NCBI GenBank assembly: GCA_977018835.1
Contig: OZ361256.1
Coordinates: forward strand, 620,001 to 684,000
DNA: 64,000 nt
Source of the DNA: Minutocellus sp. GHC0000111
Taxonomy: Eukaryota
Reading direction: 5' to 3'
Position numbers and translations under genes: made by a program. Shown one piece after another: positions 34,101-46,297 of this stretch (position 1 is the stretch's first letter; each line of letters starts with the position of its first letter). The notes under the pieces are model-generated. The model ran no database searches, was not told where the DNA came from, and saw only the letters and a program-made list of their open reading frames with translations.

Positions 34101-36180
34101 AACCGCTTCAGCGGCGTCGACCCCGTCGAGGTCACCTACGGCGCCGCTCCAGCCATACTTGTCTCGAATGTACACCTTCATCTTATTCTCGCCCCTGAAG
34201 AAATCCACGCCTTCGATCCCGTTCTCAAAGGTCTTGCCGGGGCGAATGTAGGTCCAATCGAGCTCCAACCCAGAGGGTGGCTTGTAGGACCAACCGGACA
34301 CCTTGAGCTTGGGCCAAACGCTCTGCCAGGGATCCTTCTGCTGGATGGGCGACCTACTGTTGTCGGGGAGCTCGTTGATGTCCTTGTCGGTGGACTTGGC
34401 AGGAGTACGAGTGGAAGAATCGGCAGCATCTTCATCCTCGCTCTTGTCATCTTCGGAGCTTTCGTCGTCCGATGATTCTACCTCCTCCATATCTTCTTGC
34501 TCTCCCTGGTCCTGCTCCTTGAGATACTCCGGAGGAGAGATCGAAACGCGACGGCCATCGGCGGTATCGACCACACGCTCCTCGTGCTCTACCTTGGACC
34601 CAGCACGAGTCTCGGCCGCAGCCTCCTTGGCGGAGTGATAATCTTCCTCCTCATCGTCGTCATCCTCGTCGTCACTGCCATTTCGCAGGAACTCGGCCAG
34701 CTCCTTGTCCTGCTGGATTTCCTTGGCCGATGGCGAGGGGGCATCACCACGATCTCCGGTGCCGACAAGGGGTGCAGCCATGGGGATGGGGGTGACGTGG
34801 GAGTCAGGGTGCCGATGATGGTACTGACCGTACTGGTGGTGGTAATGATGAGGTCCCGTCGAAACGGCAGGGACTTGGTTGGGCAGATTGATATGGCTCC
34901 CGCCAGCACCGGCACCGGCACTGGGCATGTTGGAACTATAGTTGCTATTGGCAGTGGTGGAAGGAGGAAGGGCATAGATCGGCGGACCTCCCGCACCAGC
35001 AGTACCAGCACCAGATACCCCAAAGCCGATTCCGGGGGTCGCGTGATTGTGGCCAGGACCCTCCTGATCATCATCTTGCATGGCATGGTCGGCAATCTGA
35101 AAGGCCAGCTCGCACGCCGCGTTGAACTTGGCCTGAGCCGCGCCGGTGACATCGTACCTGCGATGGGCATACCACTCACGGTCGGCATCGGTGTCGAATC
35201 CCCGAAGGCCGTCGACCCCGAAGGCCTCCTCCTCGACGTACCAGTCCTTCGCCATGTGTCCACCCGAAGGCTCATCGGCCATGATGAGGTCGTTCGCGAT
35301 GCGCATATCCGGAGGACAATCGATCCGCTGGACGATGTCAAGGCCGAGAGGCAGGAGGAAGGGCAGGGGAGGGAGGCCGCCGTTCCGCTTGGCCTCCTCG
35401 CGTTCCTGACGTCGGACTTTGCTGACGTAACTCTTGAGCTTGAGGGAAGCTGATATATATATCAAATAAATGGTGCAAGCAAAGAGCGGGGATCGATTTG
35501 GCAACGCGTTGAGGTGAGTGTGGCAAATGCATTAGGAAAGGATAAAAACATGACAGAGAGCGTGGTTAGACTTGGTATATGTATGCATGGTGGGGTTTCG
35601 CACAAAAGTCCGAACAATAAAAAAATTCGATCGGTTTTCAAGGTTTGTGCGCATTGCGAAAGATACGAAGCAACACTGCGCATATCTGAGCATGCAAAGG
35701 ACAGCACCGATCACATCTATCCATGATTGATGGATAAATGGATAAGCCACAAGAAAGAGCCACCAAATTCCGTGGAAGATTCGGGAAGTTTGGTCCGGGA
35801 AAGCAAAAAAAACCTGCAAGCACAAAACCATCGCATCATGTGCCGTTTTTTACGTTTCTTTGACCACTTACCCAATTTGGGATCCAGCTCCTTCAATACT
35901 TCGACGCAACCGCCGTAGTAAACGAGGCACGGCCAAAGCCGTCCGGGAAGACGAGGGCGGTCCTCTTCAGGGTTGTTGTGGCCATCCTCGACCTCCTCGT
36001 TGGCAAGTCCAGCCTGCGACGGCGAAGGAGGAATGACGCCCGGTACCGGCATCGTGATGCGCGCCCAGAGCAGACGCTCACCCGGCTTGGCCGTTCCCGT
36101 GGCCTTGGCGGAGGGCAGGCGGAGGAATCCCGCCAGAGTGTCCGACGGCGCCGTGGTGGAGGGGGGCAGGGCGAGGTAGG

Positions 36181-36217
<37 letters not shown>

Positions 36218-36307
36218 ACGTTGAGGTTGGGGCTGGCCCGCCGAAGCACCGGCCGCCGCCATTTTCCAGGCCATGGCGGCCGCGCCGCCGGTCGCTGGAA
36301 GGGCCAT
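31125..36307 (-). CDS. Large putative chromatin protein: PWWP-like N-terminus, polyQ, and 7 copies of a W..L...GW...Y..P...G.DYF domain; complement(join(31125..35449,35872..36307))
   Basis: GT-AG intron 35450-35871 joins in frame; LLWARI...LWPCLVY; repeats visible in the 1459-aa ORF. Confidence 0.8.
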
Positions 36308-36709
36308 GGCACGGTGTCTATGCTGCTTGGTATGAGTCAATAACGATAAACAATACGATAGTGTAACTTTATTTGGTCTGTTCAACGAATGAGGTTGGTG
36401 GACGAAGAAATGATTTTCCCGCCAAAACCGCCACGAAAAAAGGCGCCAAAGCTGTGGCGCAATTTTTTGAATCGAACGGGAGGTGTGATGAATCCAATAA
36501 CTTGAAAACATGTTCCAACTAATGAGACAACAACAGAAGTAAATAAAAAGGGATGACAGTTTTCGTTTGAGTATACCTCAAAAGAAATAGCAAAAGCGAG
36601 CCTGGCGGCACGTGGCGCCCTGCCGACTCTCGACTCAATTTTTTTGGCGACGGCCAGACTCTTTTTTCTGAGATTTCGAGAGAAACAAAAGCAAGAGGCC
36701 GCCCAGGCA

Positions 36710-36951
36710 GTCACAGTGGCCAGTGGCGAGTGGCGGCGAGTGGCAGCAAGTGGCAGCGAGTGGCCAGTGGACAGTGGCGAGTGGCAAGTGGCGCCAAGTG
36801 GCGAGTGGCAAGTGGCGAGTGGTGAGTGGTGAGTGTGGAGAGTGGTGAGTGGCCAGTGGCGAGAGAGTGTGTGTGGTGGTGTGAGTGGCGCATGACCAGT
36901 GGCACATGGCAAGTGGCAAGTGGCGAGTGGCCAGTGGCACATGGCAAGTGG
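36710..36951 (+). repeat. Degenerate 7-bp tandem repeat (NAGTGGC)n
   Basis: cagtggc/gagtggc/aagtggc/gagtggt units; no TA dinucleotide seen. Confidence 0.9.
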
Positions 36952-37559
36952 CTTGTTCCGACTTCAGGTGGTGGTCCCGGCTACATTTTTGGACATTTTC
37001 CTTTGCGTCGTCCTTCCGTCGTCCGTGTTTCAACACGCGGCGAAGCATGGGAGAGAGCGCGAAATTCGCCGTCCGGCCGACCTTTGCCCCCAAGAATCTC
37101 TGGAATCAACAGGAGATTCGAGTCAGCCACGCTCTTGTCACCCATCTAGACACCCTGTAGATTGGTGACATCGAAGGCGCAGCTCAAAAATTCCAAGCAC
37201 AACATGTGTTTGGTGGGGGCAAAGTTTCGCGAGAAAAACGATGACGCCGGACGAAGTTTTGCTGCTGCTCTCATTGGCGGCCGATGCGGGGGGGCGGACA
37301 CAAATCAAAAACACAACAATCAACCAAACAAACCTTTTCATGCATGTCTCGGGCGCGCGTGTCTCTGCAATTCTGGGTCGATCGGGCGACTGTGGCTCTC
37401 ACAGCATCTCTTCTCATCCGCGGTGCTTTTTTTCGCGCACTCGAACACAGGTTGATTGTTTTGAAATGTGTTTTCTCACACACAACAACAGTCCAATCAA
37501 GCTGAAACTTTCGCATGCGTAGCGCAATGGCGTCGGCCATCCTCTCTCTTCTTTTGAAA

Positions 37560-38637
37560 CTTTTGCACTTTTGTGCTTTGAATCTGCCTTTGTGCTTTTT
37601 TTGCACTTTGCACTTTGTGCTTTGGACTTTGTGCTTTTGTGCTGCTGCTTTCTGCACTTTTGTGCTTTTGTGCTTTGGCAGGTCTACAACCGCTAACCCT
37701 CCAAGCCCCGCCCAAGTCATCCAGTGCTCATCCCATGCACCACAGCTGCTAACATCCCCACCAGTCTGCTCTTGCACTTTTGTGCTTTGAGTCTGCCTTT
37801 GTGCTTTTGGACTTTGGACTTTGTGCTTTGCACCACAGCTGCTATAACACATCCCTGTCAGTCTGCTCTCTTGCACTTTTATGCTTTGAGTCTGCCTTGC
37901 ACTTTTTTGCTTTTGTGCTTTTGTGCTTTTTTGCACTTTTGCACTTTTGTGCTTTGTGCTCTTTGTGCTTTTGTGCTGCTGCTTTCTGCAGAAGAAAGCA
38001 GCAGTTGTGCTTTGTGGCAGGTCTACAACTGCTAACCCTCCAAGCCCCGCCCAAACCACCCAGTGCTCACCCCATGCACCACAGCTGCTAACATCCCCAC
38101 CAGTCTGCTCTTGCACTTTTGTGCTTTGAGTCTGCCTTTGTGCTTTTGGACTTTGGACTTTGTGCTTTTGTGTTTTTTTGTGCTTTCGTGCTTCTTTGTG
38201 CTTTTGTGCTTTGTGCTGCTGCTTTCTGCACTTTTGTGCTTTGGCAGGTCTACAACCGCTAACCCTCCAAGCCCCGCCCAAGCCACTTTGGACTTTTGTG
38301 CTTTTGTGCTTTCGTGCTTCTTTGTGCTTTTGTGCTTTGTGCTTTGTGTGCTTTTGTGCTGCTGCTTTCTGCACTTTTGTGTGCTTTTGTGCTTTGTGGC
38401 AGGTCTACAACCGCTAACCCTCCAAGCCCCGCCCAACCAAGCCATCCAGTGCTCATGTCCCATGCACCACAGCTGCTAACATCCCTGTCAGTCTGTCTGC
38501 TCTTTTGCACTTTTGTGCTTTGACATGCTTTGAATCTGCCTTGCACTTACTTTTGTGCTTTTGTGCTTTGTGCTTTGCACTTTGCACTTTTGTGCTTTTG
38601 TGCTTTTGTGCTTTTGTGCTTTTGTGCTTTTGTGCTT
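37560..38637 (-). repeat. Satellite (TTTTGTGC/TTTTGCAC)n with 3 full and 2 partial copies of the ~100-bp complex unit
   Basis: Units at ~37676-37770, 38016-38110 and 38398-38495, partial at 37829-37868 and 38243-38283; reverse complement of 13522-13620. Confidence 0.9.
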
Positions 38638-38703
38638 GGGTCTTGGTGATGGACGTCGCGCCTGTCCTCCGTTCACGTTTACGTATGGCGTAGAGGTGTA
38701 CGT

Positions 38704-38768
38704 ACGCACGTGAAAGAGCAATGTGCATTGACTCACTCGACTAAAATGACCCATGAATTCCTCTCTCA
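38704..38768 (+). repeat. Second copy of the 65-bp module (14225-14289)
   Basis: Direct alignment; ~170 bp upstream of the ATG at 38936. Confidence 0.85.
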
Positions 38769-38935
38769 ACCCCTCAACTCAACTCTTGCATCGAGACCGC
38801 TGGAAGATACCGGCCGATACTGGCACCACGGCAAGTCACACACCTCAGCTACGACCTGCTAGTGCGCCGCACCGAAGCTGGAAGGCATTGCTCTACAATT
38901 GATACCACAGCAATCGCCGCCGGCGCCGACACAAG

Positions 38936-41900
38936 ATGCCCCGAAAGAGGAGAGCGGCTGCCGCTGCTGCCGGTCGAGGTCCGTCGTCGTCGGGCTCGGT
39001 GGCTGCCGCTGCCGATGAGGATACTACCGCGGACACCACCAATACTAATGCAAGCGGTGGCAATGGCGTGGCGGGTGCCGGCCGGTCCAAATCGAAATCG
39101 AAATCCAAGGCCGCTTCGAAGCCGACACCACGACGATCTCCCGCCCGCCGAGGCCGCGGAGACAGCAAGCGAGCAGACCGCGGCGGCCGCAAGTCGTACT
39201 CGGAGAAGGACGACGACGCCGAGTTCGAGCAGATGCTGGCGGGAGGAGACGGTTCGTCCGACGATGAAGGTGATGACGAAAGCACCAGTCAAGATACCAA
39301 CAGCCAAGTGGATGAGAAGGAGGAGGCCAAGAAGAAACCTGCCGCCAAGTCTGCGTCTGCGTCCTCATTCATATGTGGCCTGTGCAACAAGTCCTTCAAG
39401 GCCAAGCCAGGTTTGGACTACCATGTGAAGAACCAGGTATGTCAGCGGAAGAAGGATAGGGCCGATGCCGACAACGGTGGCGACAATGGCGGCGCATCCC
39501 TCCAAAAGAAGAAGAAAGCACCAAAGCCAAAGCCAAGGAGCCGGAGCGTCGGCATGGCCAAGAGTGGTAATGGCGGTGACGATGGTGATACCAATGCACC
39601 CCCCTACCGCTGCCCCAAGTGCGACCGATCCTTCAAGCAGCAGCACGGGCTGGATTATCACGTCAAGCGCAACGTCTGCCAAGATGGCACAATCAAGACC
39701 CCGCCCAACCAAAGCCGGGGGGGAAGGGGGGGAAGTTTGGACCCATCGACAGTGAGTATCGAGGTGTTGTTCGTTGGACGAAACCTTCCCGAGGTGACAG
39801 CATGCGATCCATGTTGAGATGTATGTATTCGGGCACGTCGTCATATCAAATCTGTTCTCACTCATGCTTTGCCACATTTCCCCCCATGTTTAATTCCTCA
39901 AAGTGCGGACCTGCCCGTACTGCCAGAGGGTGTTCAGCATCGTCAGTGGATTGGCGTACCATCTCCAGCACAAGGTGTGCCAGAAGGCTGCGGGTGGTGA
40001 CGGTGGTGGCGGCAGCGGCGGCAGAAAGTCGAGCGGGCAAAAGAAGAAGGGTGGTGTGCGGGCCAAGGTAACCAGAGAGGAGCGAAGCCTCGCCGGTACG
40101 GCTCCCTTCCCGCCGCTTCAGCCGGGACAATGGTTTGTGACGCAGTACGGTGTCGTCGAGGTGGTGGCCGACGATCGGATCCCCGATGACTATGGCACCA
40201 CCAAGATCGCTGGGTATAACGCCACCAAGGTTCGGGGTGGAGTTGACGAGGCCAAGCTCGTTCAGCTCGGCAGGGACTGCCAGCGGTACAAACGCTCCAA
40301 GGAACGGGAGAAGGACCGCGAGGAACGGCTTTGGGCGCAGAGGGTCCGGTCGAACCTGCGGAAGAGGAGGAGGCTGGGCAGGCACTATGCCCAGGAGGCT
40401 GGTTTGCAGCCCGTCGGTGGTGTAGCTTCCTCCGCGGCCCCCGCCGACGGAGGGAGGCCTCTCACGATGCAGATGGTGGTCTGGCAGGAGAGTGTGTCGA
40501 CCAAAACGCTCACTCCCGATACCATTCTGAACTACGGTGCAACGTACAAGCCACCTCGCGACGCGGGAGATGTCATGGGCATCACGTTCAGTGCCAAGGG
40601 TGGCATCAAGGAGGAGGAGGGCGCGGCCCATCCGGCTCCGGCCAAGGTACCGCAGGCCAAGATCGACGATCCGCTCGTCCCGGCCAACTCGTATCCGGAT
40701 AATATGGTGACGTGCCGACTGGTCCCAGATAGGCGCAAGCGCATCTACGACCACTCCGCCCGTCTTTCCTCGGCTGTGGCCTCTGCACCTGGTAATAATA
40801 ATGATAGCGGTAGTGCGAAGGGTAGCGCCCCCAAGTCGATGGAGACGGCGTGGGATATCGTCCTCAAGGCAAAGGAGGATGCTAAGCGTTTCCAACAGGA
40901 AGAAGCCGGGGTCGAGACTACGAACAAAGGCGAAGGCGAGGCAAGCGCAAAGGCTTACGAGAGCAATGGTGACGGAGGTTCAAACGGAGAAGGCAGAGAA
41001 GAAAAGAAGGAAGATGAAGAACACAAACAGGAAGGAGAAGGAGAGGGAAATGGATCGGGCGATCCAGCTGCCTCTCCAATTATTGCTAAACTTTGCCTTC
41101 GCCGATGCCTCCTAACAGAGCCATACAATGCATCTAGGCCGGTCTTTATCTGCCGAGATTGTGGAAAGACTCTAAAGACGCGGGAGGGTCTGAGAGAGCA
41201 TGTACTCACAAGCGTTTGCCAGCCACCGGAACCAGAAACTGACGAATCGTCTGAAGAAGAGGAGGAGGCAGCGGCGGAAGGCATTGAAGAACCTGTTGCG
41301 TCCAATACGACCAGTGGTGGTATCACACTCCGTGCTCAACGTAAGAGAAAGCGAAGGACTTACGTAGAAATCAGTAGCGATGACGAGGAAGGAGGCGGCG
41401 GCGGCGGTGGTGGTAAAAGGAATAAAAAGAAGAAGGGCAAGCGCAAGAAGGCTGGTGACGATGACGACGAGTGGGATGCCACCGCTGCTGATGCCAATGC
41501 GCAGGATGACGACGATGACGATGATATTACCGCGGTATCCGAGAAGGAAGATGACGGGCCTGTCGAGGTGGAAGTCCCCGATGATGATGCCGAGATGCTC
41601 GTTGTGGATGCAGTTCCGCCAAGTTCTTCCAAGAAGGGGAAGAAACGAAGTAGATCATCCCTTGCGTCGCTTACATCTGGCAAGAGTCGCAGCCGTGGCC
41701 ACCGCGGTGGTAATAATCGCTCGGCCGCTCTCGCAGACTTTGACCCCGACGATGACTCGTCAGTAGAGATGATATCTGTTGTTTCTCGGTCTCACAAGAC
41801 CCCGATAAAGGACAAATTTGGTGTAGACCCCGATAGGCGTTTATCTCGGAAGGAGTGGAAACGTTTGAAGCGACCGGGATGGATGCAATTCAAGCCCGAG

Positions 41901-43526
41901 GCCTCGAGCTGGTACCCCGAAATAATGAAATGTCTCAGTATCAAGCGCGGCAGCAATAATCAAAATTGGAAGCGGTTGAAGACCGAAAGGAAGCGTTTCG
42001 AGCCCGTGAAGAATGTGAGGAGAGAAAGGAAGGCAAAACAACGACTTGGTGATGAGCCGATATATCCGTCTGTAATGGCCAAGCTCAATATGTGGGAAGG
42101 CATCCAGAACAAGACTATTTACCCAAACGTGAGTTGAAAGGGAGAGTTGCCTTGCTCTTTTTCTTGATTGCGCGCGCGGGGGGTGGGGGGGCTCTTGGTG
42201 CAACATTGGTATCAGATTTATTTATTGCAACTCACACTTCTCCGTCATGTTTTCCTCCTTGGCTCCCATTTCCCTCTTTCCAAATACAAATGGAACTCAT
42301 ACTCCCAGGTCTTCGAGTATCTTGGATTCGACAAGTCACGAAATGCCCCCAGAACCCGGAGTATGCGCCCGCGTTCGACCCCTACTCTTGAGCTCTTTGG
42401 TGGTGAAGACAAGAATTACGAACGACGAGACCAACAAGCCAAGCGTCTTGAGAGGGAGAGAGAACGGGCCCAGGACGAAGGTAATGTCGAAGAAGAACCC
42501 AAACCAAGCAAGCGGAGGAGGAGAGCCACAAAGACGGCAGCAACAACATCGACAGTCGTTGCCTTCTCTTCTAGTAGTCGTACCGCCAAGGTCTCAAGTA
42601 CCTGCAGTGGTAATAGTACCGGTAGAGCCGTCAGCAGTAGGAAGAGAAAGAAGAAACCAAACCCTCCTCCAACAACCCTCCCAGATGGTGGAAACGATGT
42701 AACATCCACGAACTTTACCATCAATTCATTCAAGATGGCCGGTGGCCCCATGATTGACTTGAATGTCTTGGTCGAGGAGGTGGACGCAGGACGCTTTCCT
42801 TCGATGAAACGCTACGAGGAAGACGATCATATTGATGTGTGCGAGATATGCCACGAGACTTCTGACGACGGCGAAAGAGGGCCGGTTTACTGTTGTGCCT
42901 TCTGCCCGAATGCCGAGCACTTTTCTTGCCTAAAGAGTCGATACAATGTGCATGAGTGGGACGAAGATGATGACTTCATGTGTCATTCATGCCTCGCAAC
43001 TTGTCTCCATAGGCGCCATAGGGCAGAACGGAGACGATTGGGTCAAATTGATGATAGGAAGAGCAAGAAGAAGAAGACTTCGACGGCACGGGACGATTAC
43101 GTCGCCCAAGACGATGATGGTTTGGCTCCGATGTATGTTGATGATGGCAATAACATGCACGTTGGCGACGACGACGAGGGCCATCAGAATCGTCAATCCA
43201 CCGAATCGTTGGAAATGCCCCCTCTTCCACCGGCAGCATCTGAAGCACAGCGAAAGTCGGATATTGATCTTGGCAATATTTCTCACCAAATGCCGGCCCC
43301 AGCTTGTCCCAGTGGGGGCCCAGGTGGCCTCATTTGCTGCTCACATTGCGCTACCTCTTATTCACAGATCTTGGCCAATACGACCAAGGAAATGGAGGCC
43401 CAGACAGTTGAGAAGGTCGGCCAAGAGGTCGGGGAGCTGATTGAGATGCTTCGGGATGCGCAAACTCGGTTGCGACTGGCTGTGGATGTATCGAAAGAGA
43501 ACGACGTTCGGCGCAGGGCAATTTAA
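38936..43526 (+). CDS. C2HC/C2H2-type zinc finger + PHD finger chromatin protein; introns ~39752-39903 (donor uncertain) and 42129-42308
   Basis: Four CxxC..F....GL.YH....VC-type fingers; PHD CEIC...CCAFCPNAEHFSC...MCHSC. Confidence 0.85.
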
Positions 43527-43908
43527 AAGGCTTGTGTAGATACAATGATAATAATTCTTGATTTGAAGACTTAATTGACTTAATTCGATACTGTTTACGT
43601 TACCGGTACCTGCGGTGATCTGAAAACCTGGGGTCGTGGCCGCTTCTTCTTTGCCGGCCGGCTTGCTTTCGTACGTACGTCACCCGTTTTATGTACGTAC
43701 TCCAAAAATTACGTACGGCGATGGCTCTGGCAACAACATGCATGGGCGGGTGTCGCAGTGCGATACCGCCGGTGAGAAGACAGTCAGGTGTAATTCAAAA
43801 TGGCAACGATAGTAAAACTCTTGATAGCGTATTTATGATGATTTAAAAAGATACGGCACCGGTACCCTGGTGAGCTGCTATGTTCTAATGTGTGCCGGCA
43901 AACTGCTT

Positions 43909-46017
43909 TCACCTCTGCAGCTTGATGACTCCTCTAAGAAGGCTTGAAACCGCGGGAGTGAGTCTTTGCTTGTTGTAGATGTCACCGGCAAGGCGGATGG
44001 CTTCTGCTGTAGTTGGGTAAGGGTGTATAACATAGGCAAGCTTGTCCAGCGCAGTGCCTTGCTGCATTGCCAAGGTCACTTCGCTGATCATGTTGCCAGC
44101 TGACTCGCCAACAATTGAAGCACCGAGGATGGCTCCGTTCTGAGCATCTACACGAAACCTAACCATTCCCTGGGTGGCAGCATCGCACAAGGCTCTATCG
44201 ATGTCGGCAAAGTGCTTTTCGATGATTTTGTACTTGATACCACGCTCTTTCAGATCCTGTTCAAATAGACCCACAGAGGCAATCTCTGGCGAGGTGAACG
44301 TGGCATACGGTATGAGGAGCGATGAGCTCTTGCCTTTGCCAAAGAAAAGGGCATTGCGTATGGCGGTTCGGGCGTAAAAATCTGCCGCATGAGTGAATTT
44401 GAACTCTGAGGCACAGTCGCCCACACCAAAGACGCGCGAGTTTGTTGTCTGGAGGCGATTATTGACCTTCAAACCATATTTCGTGTCAAACTCGATGCCG
44501 GCCTTTTCTAGATCCATTCCGGATACGTTAGGACGTCTGCCGGCGGCTATCAGAACGGCATCGCAGGTAATCTCAGCATCAATCTCACTGCCGTCAGACG
44601 ATTCACCAAACTTCATGATCATCCGAGGTAGCCTATTATCTGACACTTGGCCAGTGAGCTCGATACTCTTGTATTGGGAAACATTGAGCTTGAACTCGAC
44701 CCCGTCCTCTTCCATTTGGGCCTTGACAATGGCTGCGAGATCTTCGTCCTCCTTTGGCAGTACCTTCCCAGAACGACCAAACATGGTAACGGCCGTGCCG
44801 AGGCGTTGGAATGCCTGCGCTAGTTCCATCCCAATAACCCCGGTACCTATCACAACCAAACGAGTTGGCTGCCGTGTCAGATTAAAGACAGATTCATTGG
44901 TCATAACAGCAGGTGGAGGCGTTGCATTGTCCGCGAGGTTCTCGGCAGTGGCCAAGTCGTGTAGCTCCTTGAGGCCTGGAATTGGAATGAGAGAAGGGTA
45001 TCCTCCAGTTGCCACAATCGCTTTCCGAAATTTCAACGTCTCCCCATTGACCTCGACGCTCCGATCCGATGTGAACTTGCCCCGCCCAAAGTAGAGCTCG
45101 ACACCAAGCTCCTTGGTGAATCTTTGGGCTGAATCGTGGTGAGAGATCTCGGCTCGTATCCTGCGTACGCGCTCCATGACCTTGCCAAAGTCAACATTGA
45201 CCGCCTCGGCGCCACCATCGATGGATATACCTGCGTCAGCGAGATGGTCCATGTCACCACGGATCTTGTGGGCGAGATTGGCGCTGTGGATGAGCGCCTT
45301 GCTCGGGACACATCCCACGTTGAGACAGTCCCCGCCCATGAGATTCTCTTCGATTAGAGCCACCTTGGCCCCCACGCCGGCCGATCCCGCCGCACTCACA
45401 AGTCCACCAGTACCAGCACCGATCACCACGAGATCGTACGTAGGCGTTCCGTCATCACTACTAGCAGGATTCTCCCAGTTCAGAGGATGCACGTTGTCCA
45501 AAAGCTCGGTATTAAACCCATCCAAAGGCCACACGTGCTTGGCGACGTGAACATCGGAGGCAGATATGGCATCAAAGTCTGGTCTGGGAAAGTTGGGATG
45601 AAGATTAATGTTGCCGGAATTTTCTTGCTCCTGGTCTGGGGATGAGAGGAAATCGGACCACTGAAAGCTCTTGCCCGTCGTCTCGTTGTGCGCGACCTTC
45701 CCGCGCCGTTTCTCGTCGACGAAATGAAAGAAAAGATTTTCGTCCTTGAACGCATGGTCGCGCGTCACGTGCTCGAACAAATGCGCCTGAGACTCCAGGG
45801 CCCGTCCAAGGGCGACGGCGTCTTCTCTCGTTTCGGCATGTCCGCTCGATACGAGGAAGGTAACGGCCTCCCGTCCAACGAAGCAACTTTTGTAAGTTTT
45901 GAGAAGGTACTTGCGATCTCGCAAGTCGACGCCATCCCTGAAGGAGCTCGCGATGACCTCCAGGGAGCTGGCTAGCTCTTCGCCTGCCTCTGTAGCAAAG
46001 CTCTGTTCGGAAGACAT
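43909..46017 (-). CDS. DEP domain fused to a class I pyridine nucleotide-disulfide oxidoreductase (MerA/LpdA-like)
   Basis: DEP: LRDRKYLLKTYKSCFVGREAV...ALGRAL..FEHVTRDHAFKDENLFF; reductase: VIGAGTGG, GGDCLNVGCVPSKAL, VIGTGVIG, IHPYPT. Confidence 0.9.
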   Translation of the reverse strand: MSSEQSFATEAGEELASSLEVIASSFRDGVDLRDRKYLLKTYKSCFVGREAVTFLVSSGHAETREDAVALGRALESQAHLFEHVTRDHAFKDENLFFHFVDEKRRGKVAHNETTGKSFQWSDFLSSPDQEQENSGNINLHPNFPRPDFDAISASDVHVAKHVWPLDGFNTELLDNVHPLNWENPASSDDGTPTYDLVVIGAGTGGLVSAAGSAGVGAKVALIEENLMGGDCLNVGCVPSKALIHSANLAHKIRGDMDHLADAGISIDGGAEAVNVDFGKVMERVRRIRAEISHHDSAQRFTKELGVELYFGRGKFTSDRSVEVNGETLKFRKAIVATGGYPSLIPIPGLKELHDLATAENLADNATPPPAVMTNESVFNLTRQPTRLVVIGTGVIGMELAQAFQRLGTAVTMFGRSGKVLPKEDEDLAAIVKAQMEEDGVEFKLNVSQYKSIELTGQVSDNRLPRMIMKFGESSDGSEIDAEITCDAVLIAAGRRPNVSGMDLEKAGIEFDTKYGLKVNNRLQTTNSRVFGVGDCASEFKFTHAADFYARTAIRNALFFGKGKSSSLLIPYATFTSPEIASVGLFEQDLKERGIKYKIIEKHFADIDRALCDAATQGMVRFRVDAQNGAILGASIVGESAGNMISEVTLAMQQGTALDKLAYVIHPYPTTAEAIRLAGDIYNKQRLTPAVSSLLRGVIKLQR

Positions 46018-46297
46018 GTTATTATGTTGAAGTGACCAGGAGTTATTATGAAGTACCGGCCGATAAGCAACTGAGAGCAGTTGAGAGGTATTGGCTCTTT
46101 TGCCAGCACCAAAGATATTGCAATATGCTCGCACGCTTTTCTCTCCTCGCTCCGGCTGACATCAGTTCAACTGTACGTACGTTACCCGTATTATGTACGT
46201 ACTAAAGACGTATGTAAATGCACTACATCGGCATTTTCATCGGCATCGGCCTCACTCGTCACTGTTCCTCGCCTCTCGATCTCGCCCGAGATAAGAG

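Noticed and set aside
37560..38637. CRISPR-like array of recurring ~100-bp units
   Set aside because: Intervening sequence is low-complexity satellite rather than unique spacers; no cas genes; eukaryotic context
43909..46017. Calling the gene merA
   Set aside because: No C-terminal Cys-Cys pair or N-terminal metal-binding domain
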